Source: a virus
Taxonomy: Duplodnaviria; Caudoviricetes
IMG/VR virus record: IMGVR_UViG_3300048856_000110
Coordinates: 1-56,827 of that record
Strand: one strand, 5' to 3'
DNA length: 56,827 nucleotides
Position numbers and translations under genes: made by a program
The notes under the pieces: model-generated
What the model was told of the DNA's origin: nothing
Seen by the model: only the letters and a program-made list of their open reading frames with translations
Databases searched by the model: none
In this document: positions 1 to 9,347 of the stretch, piece after piece
How the letters are laid out: every line of letters begins with the position of its first letter
How positions within the stretch are numbered: position 1 is the stretch's first letter

Positions 1-204
1 GTTCGGTCCGAAGGACATGTCGACGAATGCGAAATCGCGAACGTCGCCCTTCTGAACATCAACGGCCTTCAGGAACCATTGGTCCTCAGGGTGCCACTCC
101 GACTTGCCGAACCAGATTTCGACTGGCACTGCGGTGCGGGTCGAGGTCTCGCCGCGCCAATTGCGATACCTGAACGTTATCTGACGATCCGACTCCGCGG
201 CCAT
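1..204 (-). CDS. Small WYL-like domain protein, truncated by the window edge (not in ORF track)
   Basis: Manual translation MAAESDRQITFRYRNWRGETSTRTAVPVEIWFGKSEWHPEDQWFLKAVDVQKGDVRDFAF...; fits the WYL pattern Y..GE...R...P.....W.L.A.D....R.F; GGAG 3 nt upstream of the ATG. Confidence 0.7.
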   Translation of the reverse strand, partial: MAAESDRQITFRYRNWRGETSTRTAVPVEIWFGKSEWHPEDQWFLKAVDVQKGDVRDFAFVDMSFGPN

Positions 205-525
205 AAGCTCCATCCTTTTTGCAATTTGTCCTCGTCTACACCCGTCTCGGGAATGTGGCTAGCGTGAGGAGGTAGACGTTTCCCAGTGAACCGGACGTAG
301 GCACTGTCCTCGTCGGATTCGGGCTGGCGAGCAGCTGAGGTCCGTCCCTGGCGGATGGCTGGCGAGATCAGGCCGAGGATCAGAAGCCGTCGAGTCTTGG
401 TTTTCCTGGTGACGGAGCACGATTTCGTGTCGTCGTCCATAGCCAGTTTCGTCTGACGACGGCAGAAATCAACCGTGGCGGCCACGGTAAGAGGTCCATG
501 GGAGTTAGCGCTGTACCAGCTGCCA

Positions 526-798
526 TCACGCCATCCCCAGCGCTTGCATGTAGAGCTCGAGGATGGCGTCCATCTCCTGCCGCTCGTTCTGATCCTGCTT
601 GCGGATAGCGACGATCTTCCTCAGGACCTTGACGTCGTAGCCCCGGGATTTGGCCTCGCCGTAGACGTCCTTGACGTCGTCGAGGATGGTCTTCTTCTCC
701 TCCTCGAGGCGCTCGATCCGCTCGATGAAGGCGCGCAGCTCGTCGGCGGCGACGTTGGTCTCGGAGGCGTTCTCGCCCCGGTTCGGCGTGTCGCTCAT
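526..798 (-). CDS. gapR: GapR/DUF2312 nucleoid-associated protein
   Basis: [21 protein letters not shown]...[26 protein letters not shown]...[10 protein letters not shown] is the DUF2312 signature. Confidence 0.92.
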   Translation of the reverse strand: MSDTPNRGENASETNVAADELRAFIERIERLEEEKKTILDDVKDVYGEAKSRGYDVKVLRKIVAIRKQDQNERQEMDAILELYMQALGMA

Positions 799-1193
799 GC
801 CCCGGCTCCTTTCAGGATCTCGCGCATCCGAACAGAGTGGCGGAGGTAACGCCCGCCCGGCTGCGAGATCGTGCTGGTTTCATAGAGTTCGGTCAGCTCG
901 TCCCAGTGAGCCGCGAGCGCCGCCCATTGCGGCGACCTGGGCGACATCTCCCCGGTACGAGCGCGCCAGGCGGGGACGAGCCGGAGCAGGCGGGCGCAGC
1001 GCCCGAAATCGTCGCTGTCCGAGGGATAGCTCCAGCCACAATGGCCCGGTGTCTTGGTGGCGCCCATCATGTGCGCCCAGATCGCCTTCGACGATGTTCC
1101 CGTGTCGCTGCCGACGATCCAGTCGATCGCGGCCTGTTCGGTCGGGTCGCGTCGGGCGGCCGCGGCCTGTTCGGGGGCTGTGCTGTCATGCAT
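795..1193 (-). CDS. Hypothetical phage protein
   Basis: Overlaps both neighbours; DTGTSSKAI and [11 protein letters not shown] motifs. Confidence 0.7.
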   Translation of the reverse strand: MHDSTAPEQAAAARRDPTEQAAIDWIVGSDTGTSSKAIWAHMMGATKTPGHCGWSYPSDSDDFGRCARLLRLVPAWRARTGEMSPRSPQWAALAAHWDELTELYETSTISQPGGRYLRHSVRMREILKGAGA

Positions 1194-2853
1194 CCTCGTT
1201 CTCCTGGAGGTATTGCGCGGCGAGCTTCTTCAGGCGGGACTCGTCGCTGTGGACGTATTCCACGCCCGCCATGGGGTCGAGGACGCCGCGAGACTGGCTC
1301 GATTTCAGGCCGAGTGTCTCGATGATCACGGGATCGCTGCCGTCCTCGGAATGGAGGTAGATCGCGTCGACCTGGCGCGGCTGGCCCGGTCGGCGCAGTC
1401 GCCCGATGACCTGCCTGTGGACCATGGGCGACCAGTCGAATTCGCCCATCACGACGGTCGAGCAGCGATGCTGCAGCCCGTCGAGCCCGGCGCCGGAGCG
1501 CAAGGAGATGATCATCACGTCGGTCTCGCCCGACATGAACGCCTTCTTCGCCTTGTCCTTCGCCGCCTGGCTTTCGGAGCCGGTGTACATGACCGGCTTC
1601 AGGTCCTTCAGGTCGTCCAGCCAAATCTCATAGACATCGCGGTGCCAGCCGGCGAGAAGCACCGGCTCGCCGCTCTTCACGAGCAGCCGCACCATGGCGG
1701 CAACGCCGTGCGCCTTGGAAATGCCAGTGATGCGGCGGGCGAACATGTCGAGCTCGCGCGCGGCCATGCCGCTGTCGGCGAAGGAACCGGTTGTGACGCG
1801 CAGCGCCAGCGCGCGGGCCTCGGCCTCGGCGTTCTCGACGACCTGCCGGTCGGCTTCGACCGGGCGGAGGATGACGTTGGCCGGTGGCAGCTCGCGCTCG
1901 ACGTCCTCTTCCGTGCGCCGTAGCGTCGCGCCGGCCTCGCGCAGGAAGGTGCCGAGGGCGTCGGGATCGCGCACGACCCAGTTCTGTCCCTTGACGTAGC
2001 ACCACTCGCGGCAGAACTCGTGCCAGCCGCCGAGGACGCCCGGATTGGTGAACTGGACGACGCGGTAGATCTCCGAGCCGTAGTTGTAGATGGGCGTCGC
2101 GGTGAGGCCGACGGCCATGCCGCAGCCGTCGGTGAAGGCGCGGGCCGCCTTGCCCTTTTGCGTATCCTCGCCGCGGCGCAGCTCCTGGATCTCGTCGTAG
2201 ACGACGGACTTGAAGGTTCCTCGGGCGGCGATGTCGGCCCAGCCGGCGATGTTGGAATATTTGAAGACGTAGATGTCCGCCGGCGGGAGTGAATAGGGCT
2301 CCTTTGACCGGACGATGTGCGCCGTCAGCGTCGTGAACTTGCGGACGTATTCCTCGACCCACTGCGTCGCCAGATGCGCCTGGACGACGATCGCCGCCGG
2401 CAGGCGCCCGGGCTTGGCGACGGCGGCGAGGCCAGAAACCGTCTTGCCGAGGCCGACGTCGTCGAGAAGGAGGAGACCGCCGTTCATGTGCGCGATCTCG
2501 GCGGCGCGGGCCTGGTAGGGATAAGGCGGCCGGTCCGGCCGGAAGGCGGCCAGCGCCGACGGCTGCCAGTCGGGCAGCATGATCGCGTCGATGTCGGCCT
2601 GCCGCAGCTCGAGCCGGGCGCGGCCGGCGTTCAGCCGGTTGCGATCGTCGAGGGAAATCTCGAAGGGATAGCGCTGCATGAACCAGAGGAGATCTGCCGC
2701 CAGGTCGTCGCCGCCGGCGACGGTGATCGGTGGCCGGGCCGTCGCCTCGATCTTCGGGAAGACGCGCTTCAGGCGCATGACGACATGCGGCTCGGCGGCG
2801 ATAACCTGCCAGCGGCCGTCGGGGAGGGAGGCGAGGGTGCCGTAGGTTCTCAC
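1186..2853 (-). CDS. SNF2-family helicase/ATPase
   Basis: Walker A DDVGLGKT, DEIQ, TATP, QVIGRLRRPGQ; GTG start at 2853 overlaps the upstream stop (GTGA). Confidence 0.88.
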   Translation of the reverse strand: MRTYGTLASLPDGRWQVIAAEPHVVMRLKRVFPKIEATARPPITVAGGDDLAADLLWFMQRYPFEISLDDRNRLNAGRARLELRQADIDAIMLPDWQPSALAAFRPDRPPYPYQARAAEIAHMNGGLLLLDDVGLGKTVSGLAAVAKPGRLPAAIVVQAHLATQWVEEYVRKFTTLTAHIVRSKEPYSLPPADIYVFKYSNIAGWADIAARGTFKSVVYDEIQELRRGEDTQKGKAARAFTDGCGMAVGLTATPIYNYGSEIYRVVQFTNPGVLGGWHEFCREWCYVKGQNWVVRDPDALGTFLREAGATLRRTEEDVERELPPANVILRPVEADRQVVENAEAEARALALRVTTGSFADSGMAARELDMFARRITGISKAHGVAAMVRLLVKSGEPVLLAGWHRDVYEIWLDDLKDLKPVMYTGSESQAAKDKAKKAFMSGETDVMIISLRSGAGLDGLQHRCSTVVMGEFDWSPMVHRQVIGRLRRPGQPRQVDAIYLHSEDGSDPVIIETLGLKSSQSRGVLDPMAGVEYVHSDESRLKKLAAQYLQENEDA

Positions 2854-3203
2854 AGCCAGGACCTCCCGACGGAGACGAAGCGGAACGGCTTGCCCTCGCA
2901 GTCGGCGAGGTCGGCCGGCATGGGGACGGAGCCGACGAGGATCAGGGCGTCGATCCGCTCGTGCCGGGCATAGCGCTGGCATTGGCGCCAGACGGCGAGG
3001 CGGCCGCCGCCGATCTTCGCCTCGATTCCGGTGCCGCCGGCGAGAAAGTCGATTCGGGAATGGGCGTCGAGGCGGACTTCGGGCGTCACCTCGATTCCGG
3101 CGCCCTCCAGCGCGGCGAGGATCTCGGCCTGCAGCTGGCGCTCGCTGTTCATCGATAGGCGGCGGCTGCCGAGGATCTCGGCGATGGCGCGAAAATCCTT
3201 CAT
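2850..3203 (-). CDS. PD-(D/E)xK restriction-endonuclease-fold nuclease
   Basis: E...RIDFL...GIEAK...QCQRY motif; ATG at 3203 overlaps the upstream stop. Confidence 0.72.
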   Translation of the reverse strand: MKDFRAIAEILGSRRLSMNSERQLQAEILAALEGAGIEVTPEVRLDAHSRIDFLAGGTGIEAKIGGGRLAVWRQCQRYARHERIDALILVGSVPMPADLADCEGKPFRFVSVGRSWL

Positions 3204-3478
3204 CGGCCGGCGTCCAGGAGCGAGGTCTGGCCATCCTTGCCGGGCTTCGGCGCGAGCTTGTCGAGCAGCCAGCGGGCCTCGCCGCGGCGCTCCAGCTCGG
3301 CCTTCATCAGGCAGATGAGGGCGTCGGCGCCATGAGCCGTCTCGAAGCGCGTTAGGGCGGCGCGCAGCTTGGCTTCCGCGGCCTTTACCTTCGGGTCGGC
3401 CGGTGCCGCCGGGTCGAAGGTCGGGATCGGCGTCGTCAGGAGCGGCAGGCGCTGCCGCTGGCGGGCGGTCGCGCGCAT
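3200..3478 (-). CDS. Hypothetical protein
   Basis: Translationally coupled ORF in the operon. Confidence 0.6.
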   Translation of the reverse strand: MRATARQRQRLPLLTTPIPTFDPAAPADPKVKAAEAKLRAALTRFETAHGADALICLMKAELERRGEARWLLDKLAPKPGKDGQTSLLDAGR

Positions 3479-4602
3479 CAGAAGAGCACCTCCTCGGCCT
3501 GCGGATAGTTGTCGTGAAGAACGCCATCCAGGAGACGGCCGGCGCGCTTCTTGCCGACGCTATGGAGGATGGCGACCGGGAAGGTCCCCTCGTCGCGGGC
3601 GCGGCTGAAATCCTCGCCAATGCGCATGACCCGGCCAGCGGTGTCGAGGCAGACGCCGCCGTTGATCCAGCTCTGGGCGTGGTTCACCCAGCGCTCAAAG
3701 GTGTCGAACTGGCGGAAGACCGGCTGTCCCGTGCTGCCGTTGACCCAGGTCGTGCCCCAGGCGCCCCATTGCTTGAACAGGAAGGCGACCCCGGCCGCCC
3801 GGCACTGGTCGCGGATCGACCGGACCCATGCGGGATGCATAGGCCGGGCGCCGGGGCCACTCTCGCCGCCGGCGACGATCCAGTCGAGCGGCGGCGTGAA
3901 GCCGATGCGGTTCCCGACCATGCCGTGCTCTTCGACGCCGTCCAGCCATGGGCGGAAGTCGATTGGCCCGAGCAGCGGCTCGGCGCTGACCCAGCGGATA
4001 TTGGCGGGCGTGTCGAGGAGGAGCGGGATGCGCTCGTCGGCGCGGCGCTGGTCCTCGCAGGAGATGCCCAGCCAGACGTTCGGCAGCGGCCACCACGCCC
4101 TGCCGGGCGTGACGTGCGGCAGGGGGACGACCGCCATGTCGGCATCGCCCCGCTCGCGGCGGATCCTGATGGCCGTGTCCGCGATGCGACCGGCGGCCCT
4201 GTTCATGTAGGACCGCATCCGCTCCGCGCGTTTCGTCAGCACCTGGAAGCTGTGCTGGGGCGCCAGCGCCATGACGGCGAAGACGCGGTCGATCATCTCG
4301 TCCGGCACCCACTCGCCGAACAGGTCGGTCATGGAGCAGACGAAGACCATGCCCGGCCGGGGCCAGCGCAGCGGCTGAAGAAGCATGGCCTCGTCGAGGA
4401 AATGCTCGACGTCGTCGCGATGGCCGGGCTTGAACGGCAGCCGGGTGCCGAGCCGCTTTTCGTTGAAGCCCTCGGCGTAGCAGTTCACGCAGCCGGGCGA
4501 GGCGTGTTCGCAATGCCAGCCGACCTTGCCGGTCGCCTTGTTGCGCGCGCGGATCGGCGTCCAGGTCGCGTCCGTCCATTCGATCTCGGTCTTGTCAGCC
4601 AT
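3478..4602 (-). CDS. Phage Gp37/Gp68 (DUF5131) three-Cys radical-SAM-like protein
   Basis: MADKTEIEWTDATW, CEHASPGCVNCYA, FVCSMTDLF, QVLTKR, SAEPLLG, GGESG, FLFKQWG. Confidence 0.92.
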   Translation of the reverse strand: MADKTEIEWTDATWTPIRARNKATGKVGWHCEHASPGCVNCYAEGFNEKRLGTRLPFKPGHRDDVEHFLDEAMLLQPLRWPRPGMVFVCSMTDLFGEWVPDEMIDRVFAVMALAPQHSFQVLTKRAERMRSYMNRAAGRIADTAIRIRRERGDADMAVVPLPHVTPGRAWWPLPNVWLGISCEDQRRADERIPLLLDTPANIRWVSAEPLLGPIDFRPWLDGVEEHGMVGNRIGFTPPLDWIVAGGESGPGARPMHPAWVRSIRDQCRAAGVAFLFKQWGAWGTTWVNGSTGQPVFRQFDTFERWVNHAQSWINGGVCLDTAGRVMRIGEDFSRARDEGTFPVAILHSVGKKRAGRLLDGVLHDNYPQAEEVLF

Positions 4603-4849
4603 TTGTGCGGGCCTCCGGGGGAATGCCGCCGCAGATGTTGACGGCGAGGGCGAACCAGGTGGCGATGCTCTCGACCTCGGCGTCGGTGCGCTCGCTGTTG
4701 ACGTCGATCGTCGCGACGTCGCGGCCGTCGGCATCGAGGATGACGCCGATGTCCTCGAAGCTCACCCGCAGCGGCAGGCGGATGCCGAGCCCCGACATGA
4801 TGCGGGTGAGGGCGGCGCGCGGGTCGATCACCGTGTCGAGGTCAGCCAT
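4595..4849 (-). CDS. Hypothetical protein
   Basis: Coupled ORF. Confidence 0.6.
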   Translation of the reverse strand: MADLDTVIDPRAALTRIMSGLGIRLPLRVSFEDIGVILDADGRDVATIDVNSERTDAEVESIATWFALAVNICGGIPPEARTNG

Positions 4850-5027
4850 GGGAGATCACCAGGAAGAAGAGGCCGAGAAGGGCGAGGCCGCCGATCATCG
4901 AGCCGAGGGAGACGACGAGGCATCCGGCCGGCGGCGGGCGGTCAGCTCGGACGAAGGCGGAGATGCCGCCGACGATCAAGCCGATGCTGGCGGCGAGGGT
5001 CGCGACGGCGGTGAAGGCGGCCATCAT
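4842..5027 (-). CDS. Small two-TM membrane protein
   Basis: Two hydrophobic stretches; ATGA coupling at 5024-5027. Confidence 0.55.
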   Translation of the reverse strand: MMAAFTAVATLAASIGLIVGGISAFVRADRPPPAGCLVVSLGSMIGGLALLGLFFLVISHG

Positions 5028-5773
5028 GCGACCGCTCCCGCCAGTGCCGGGGCGTCGATGTTGCGATGCTCGACGGTGAAGGTGAGCGCCGCGACCCAGG
5101 GATTCGCGGCCCAGGCGCGGGCGCCGTGGATGCTGTCCCAGAGGTCGCCATAAGCGCCGATCGATGCAAAGCAGCCGAGGCGTTGGCATGCGCTCACTCT
5201 CATGGCGATGCAGGTGTCACACTCCACGCCTTCGGCGATGGAGTCCTTGGCGCTGATGTCCTGCAGCCGCTCGACGCGGATCTCGGTGACGGTGAGCGTC
5301 AGGCGCGACACCCAGCGCGGCATGTGGATGGACGATCGCTTCGTCCAGACCGCCCAGGGATCTGGCGCGGCGAAGTGCCCGGAGCCGGGCACGAGGCCCT
5401 CAGGACCGTAATGCCGGTTGGCGCAGTTCGGCGGATCGCCGTCGGCCGCGTAGACGGTTGGCGCACTCTTGCTGACCCTGCGGGGACATTTGATCTCTTC
5501 ACCGCTCGGCAGCGTCCCGTAGCTGTAGGGCTCGGGGTGCCACCACGTCTCGCGAACCCAGAGGCGGTCGCCGACGCAGAAATTGACGAAGTCCGGTGCG
5601 ACGGTTGGGACCTCTTCTTCCGTCACGCCGAACAAGCCGCCGTGAGCGTTCGACACGATGAACTTGGCGCCGTCGGCCTGCACGACTTTCGACACCCGCC
5701 GCGTCTGCGTCTTCGTGCCGGCGACCAGCGCGCGAACCATTGGAGCCGAGAAGAGAATCGGCCGATCGGTCAT
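5024..5773 (-). CDS. ASCH/PUA-like phage protein
   Basis: RPILFSAPMVRALVAGTKTQTRR, GDRLWVRETW, SIHMPRW, RVERLQDIS, WAANPWV. Confidence 0.8.
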   Translation of the reverse strand: MTDRPILFSAPMVRALVAGTKTQTRRVSKVVQADGAKFIVSNAHGGLFGVTEEEVPTVAPDFVNFCVGDRLWVRETWWHPEPYSYGTLPSGEEIKCPRRVSKSAPTVYAADGDPPNCANRHYGPEGLVPGSGHFAAPDPWAVWTKRSSIHMPRWVSRLTLTVTEIRVERLQDISAKDSIAEGVECDTCIAMRVSACQRLGCFASIGAYGDLWDSIHGARAWAANPWVAALTFTVEHRNIDAPALAGAVA

Positions 5774-6246
5774 GGCTGCCAGTTCCAAAAGCCCTGCGCG
5801 CCCTTGACGTCGACTGCCGGTACGACCGGCTGGATGTCGGTCAGCGGCCAAGCCCAGTTGCAGTGCTCGGCGCGGTCGCTGTCGTTCAGCTGGCCGCCGA
5901 ACTCGCCGACGATGTCGAAGCCGCGCTTCGGCTGGCGCAGGATGGCGGTGCAAACAACGGCCGAGCGGGCGACGCAGCCGGGCGACGTGCGGATGCGCTC
6001 GAGCAGCGGGATGGCGAGCTCGGGCTTCAGGCAAGTCGTCCAGGCCTCGTCGCCATGCAGCCGGATCAGCAACTCGGACACCTCGTCACGGCGGACGGGG
6101 CGGGCTCCCGCATGGATGGCGATGCGGCGGCCGTGCAGGCTGGCCGGCGCGGCCCAGCTGCGGAACTCATAGGGCTTGGCGCCGATGGCGATCAGCGATG
6201 CCCAGGGCTGCCAGATCGTGATGGCCTTGATGACGGGGGGCTTCAT
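5770..6246 (-). CDS. ASCH domain protein
   Basis: KAITIWQPWASLIAIGAKPYEFRSW...IAIHAG...VKGAQGFW. Confidence 0.85.
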   Translation of the reverse strand: MKPPVIKAITIWQPWASLIAIGAKPYEFRSWAAPASLHGRRIAIHAGARPVRRDEVSELLIRLHGDEAWTTCLKPELAIPLLERIRTSPGCVARSAVVCTAILRQPKRGFDIVGEFGGQLNDSDRAEHCNWAWPLTDIQPVVPAVDVKGAQGFWNWQP

Positions 6247-7298
6247 GCCGCGGCCCTCGGGTCGGCGTCGAATCGAACTTGCACACCGTCCGGGCCGACG
6301 AGGCTGAGGTGGTGCGGGACGCGGCGGACCTCGGCTTCCGCCTCGGCGCGGGTGTAGCGGCCAGCCGACATGGCGTCGGTCGTGTAGCCGCTGCGGTTCG
6401 GCCGGTACCAGGCGTCGTTCTTGCGCGACCAGATCATGAAGGCCGGCTCGTCGCCGAACAGGATCCGGCGTAGAACCTCGGCGCGGCGAAATTCCATCCG
6501 GCGGATCGCGGCGGTCAGCTCCGCTTCGAGACGGTCCCGTCGCTTGCGGGCGTCGAGCTTGCGCCTCAGGTCCACGGGCTGGTGACAGAAGATCTCGTGC
6601 GAGCCGAGATTGCGAAGCTCGTACGGCCCGGCGACGACGAACCACATGTTGTTGATGTGGTAGAGCGCGGTGCCGCGCCGGATGCGGCCGTCGCGTCCGG
6701 TGAACCAGACGGTGGCGCCGCGCTCGATCAACGCACCATCGCCCGACCGGCGGTTGCCGTCGGTCTTGCAGACCGGGCGACCCAGAACTTTGTCGCTGTG
6801 CCAGCTTTCAGCCCATGAGCGCTGGACATAGGCGAGGGCGGTGAGCTCGCCGCGCCTTATGCCGACCCGGGTGCCGTTGCGCTTCTCCTCGGCGATCGTG
6901 GCGACCGTCCCGAGCCAGTCCAGCAGGCGGCGACGCTCCAGCTCGAAGCGGAGGCGGTCGAGGTAAGTCAGGCGCTGCAGCTTGTCGAAATCGTACCGGC
7001 GCCCGTTGGGATTTTGCAGCGCCCAGGTCTCGGCCCAGAAGTCCATGTCGACCACGCGACCGCTGATGCGGATCGTCGCGCGAAGATCGCCGCGGCTGGC
7101 AAGCCGGTGTGCCTTGCTCAGCGTCGGGAAACACCGGAGCACGTCCGGATCGGCGATGACCTTCCAACCGCGCGCTCTCATGCCGCGGATGACGCCGCCG
7201 AAAATCTCCCGGTTGAACGTCGGATCGTTCGGGTCGTCCTGCCAAATGCCGACATGCGTGTCGTGCAGGATGACGTCGACCTTGCGCTTCTCGTCCAT
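6243..7298 (-). CDS. Hypothetical phage protein
   Basis: 351-aa coupled ORF; C-terminal WYRPNRSGYT...AGRYTRAEA motif. Confidence 0.7.
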   Translation of the reverse strand: MDEKRKVDVILHDTHVGIWQDDPNDPTFNREIFGGVIRGMRARGWKVIADPDVLRCFPTLSKAHRLASRGDLRATIRISGRVVDMDFWAETWALQNPNGRRYDFDKLQRLTYLDRLRFELERRRLLDWLGTVATIAEEKRNGTRVGIRRGELTALAYVQRSWAESWHSDKVLGRPVCKTDGNRRSGDGALIERGATVWFTGRDGRIRRGTALYHINNMWFVVAGPYELRNLGSHEIFCHQPVDLRRKLDARKRRDRLEAELTAAIRRMEFRRAEVLRRILFGDEPAFMIWSRKNDAWYRPNRSGYTTDAMSAGRYTRAEAEAEVRRVPHHLSLVGPDGVQVRFDADPRAAA

Positions 7299-7313
7299 GA
7301 CCTCGGCTCTCTG

Positions 7314-7550
7314 TCAGGTTTCGGCGATGAGGCTGTCGATGGCGGCCAGGACGCCGGCGGTGGCGCGGCGGCGCAGGTCGAGCGCGTGCCGCTCCTTCCA
7401 GGCGCTGCAGGATACGGCAGTTTTCTCGGCGACGGCGCGGGCGAGGTCGCGTTCCTCGCGCGCGACGAGGCGGTCGACCTCCACTGTCAGGGCTTCGTGC
7501 TGGCGGGCCGCCGCGGCGCGCAGGAAGGAAAGGGTGACGACGGCATTCAT
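7314..7550 (-). CDS. Hypothetical protein
   Basis: ATG at 7550 overlaps the upstream stop. Confidence 0.55.
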   Translation of the reverse strand: MNAVVTLSFLRAAAARQHEALTVEVDRLVAREERDLARAVAEKTAVSCSAWKERHALDLRRRATAGVLAAIDSLIAET

Positions 7551-7996
7551 CGGCCGGCGCCCTCGACCGCCGCGGCATGATGGATGCCCTCGATGTGCTC
7601 CGCCGCGCGCTCCCGCCAAGCGGCCCCGTGTTCGGCGGCAAGGCGCAGGAGCCAGTGCAGCAGATAGGCCTGCTCGGCCTCGGCCTTGGGCGGTATCGGC
7701 GCACCCGCCTCGCGGAAGACACGGGCGATCGGCCCGGCCTGGAAGTTCGGGATGCCTAGAATGGCCTGCAGGTCCGGCGTCAGCTCGGCCGGGACGATCA
7801 GGCTGTGCGGCGGCGCCGGGACGACCGCCGTGCAGCCTTCGCCGGCGGCCAGCGTGGCGACCGTCATGCGGCCGAGATGGCTGGTCTCGTAATCCTCGGC
7901 GCCGAAGTGATAGGCGTGGTGCTGCCGCAGCAGCGAGCGCATCACATCGTTTTCGATGGCGAGATGATCTTCGGGCTCGGTCCGGGCGGCGCTCAT
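7547..7996 (-). CDS. Hypothetical phage protein
   Basis: Coupled ORF; ILGIPNFQAGPIA...AEAEQA motif. Confidence 0.65.
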   Translation of the reverse strand: MSAARTEPEDHLAIENDVMRSLLRQHHAYHFGAEDYETSHLGRMTVATLAAGEGCTAVVPAPPHSLIVPAELTPDLQAILGIPNFQAGPIARVFREAGAPIPPKAEAEQAYLLHWLLRLAAEHGAAWRERAAEHIEGIHHAAAVEGAGR

Positions 7997-8376
7997 GCGG
8001 CTTCGCGCTCCGGCGCGATGGCAGCCTCGATCGCGGCGAGGGTGGAGGTCAGGCCGGCGATGGCGCGGACGCGCAGCGGATCGGGCAGGGAATCGATCCG
8101 GCGGGCGAGGCTGTCCACGTCCGGCGAGACGGGCAGTTCCGCGCCATCCTCGGAATCGCCGAAGAGATCGGCCGGCCTGCAGCGGAGCTCCCGGGCGATT
8201 GCGGCGAGGCGGCTGCCGCCGACGCGGTTGGCGCCCGTCTCGTATTTCTGGATCTGCTGGTAGCTCACACCGACGGCGGCGCCGAGCGTAGCCTGGCTGA
8301 GGCCGGCAAGCCGCCGGCGAATGCGGATTCTGTCGCCGATCTCGACATCGGCGGCGGCGGGCGTCTTCGGTTTCAT
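7993..8376 (-). CDS. XRE-family HTH regulator
   Basis: DVEIGDRIRIRRRLAGLSQATLGAAVGVSYQQIQKYETGANRV. Confidence 0.9.
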   Translation of the reverse strand: MKPKTPAAADVEIGDRIRIRRRLAGLSQATLGAAVGVSYQQIQKYETGANRVGGSRLAAIARELRCRPADLFGDSEDGAELPVSPDVDSLARRIDSLPDPLRVRAIAGLTSTLAAIEAAIAPEREAA

Positions 8377-8969
8377 GGTCGGTCCCCTCGGATGAGCTTG
8401 CTGGCTTCGAGCGCCTGGAGCGCGTCGGTCACGGCGCGGTAGGTCAGGCGCAATTTCTGGGCGATCGACGAGACCGGCCATCCGTCGGCGCGAAGGCGGC
8501 CGGCCTCAACGATCTGTTCGGGCTTGGGAATGCTCGCGACGTTGCGGGTCGCCCGGAACCGGGCGGCGCGGGTGATCGCGGCCTTGGCGGCGTCCGACGG
8601 CTCCATGACGTAGCCGACGCCCCAGATGGTGGAGACGACGAGCCCGAGCGGGTCGAAGTGCTTGCGTAGCCGGCAGACATGGACCTTGACGTTGTTGACG
8701 TGCGGGCCGCCGTCCTCAGCGTCGCCGAGCGCGCCGATGCGTAGGATCAGCTCCTCGTTCGTCACGACGCGGGGATAGCGATCCGCCAGGAGCTGGAAGA
8801 TCAGGTACTGCGCCGGCGCCAGCCGGACGGTGCTGCCGGCATAGACGACCCTGCGCCGGGCATCGTCGAAGAGCAGCTCCAACGGCGAGACGAGGCCGCC
8901 GCAGCAGGGGCAGGGTACCAGCGCGGCCCTCTCCGCCTCGGCCGGGCGGGATGCGAGGAGGGCGCTCAT
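8373..8969 (-). CDS. Receiver-less OmpR/PhoB-type winged-helix protein (CtrA-like DNA-binding domain) with N-terminal CPCC and extra C-terminal HTH
   Basis: VRLAPAQYLIFQLL...VKVHVCRLRK...VSTIWGVGY; no receiver domain. Confidence 0.8.
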   Translation of the reverse strand: MSALLASRPAEAERAALVPCPCCGGLVSPLELLFDDARRRVVYAGSTVRLAPAQYLIFQLLADRYPRVVTNEELILRIGALGDAEDGGPHVNNVKVHVCRLRKHFDPLGLVVSTIWGVGYVMEPSDAAKAAITRAARFRATRNVASIPKPEQIVEAGRLRADGWPVSSIAQKLRLTYRAVTDALQALEASKLIRGDRP

Positions 8970-9181
8970 GCCGCCATCCCCAGCCGGGCTCGCGCGCGGT
9001 CGAGGGCCGTCGTCCGACTGCGGGCCGCCGCCAGATCGCGCTCCAGCCGCTCGAAGAACGGCACCGTCCATTCGCAACCGGGAAGCATGACGATCCGCGC
9101 CATGACGTCGAGCGCATGCTCGATGTGCTCGGGCTTGATCTCTTCGGGACGCAGGCGGGGAGGTGGGCGACGGCGGCGCAT
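8966..9181 (-). CDS. Hypothetical protein
   Basis: Coupled ORF; PFFERLEREL-like motif. Confidence 0.6.
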   Translation of the reverse strand: MRRRRPPPRLRPEEIKPEHIEHALDVMARIVMLPGCEWTVPFFERLERDLAAARSRTTALDRARARLGMAA

Positions 9182-9185
9182 TGGA

Positions 9186-9347
9186 TCAGACCGGTCCGGC
9201 GAAGATCAGACCACCGCAGAGGGCGATGACGAGGATCGAGGCGAGGCCGACGAGATGGCCGACCTCGATGACAGCGCCACGCAGCACGCGCGGCCCATAG
9301 TGTGCGGTGGCCTTCTTCGCCTCGGCCCATTCGCGCCGGGCGTTCAT
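9186..9347 (-). CDS. Small membrane protein, 53 aa (not in ORF track)
   Basis: MNARREWAE...GLASILVIALCGGLIFAGPV; ATGA coupling at 9344-9347. Confidence 0.55.
   Translation of the reverse strand: MNARREWAEAKKATAHYGPRVLRGAVIEVGHLVGLASILVIALCGGLIFAGPV

Noticed and set aside
205-525. Gene between the WYL-like ORF and gapR
   Set aside because: Several short frames, none convincing; left unannotated
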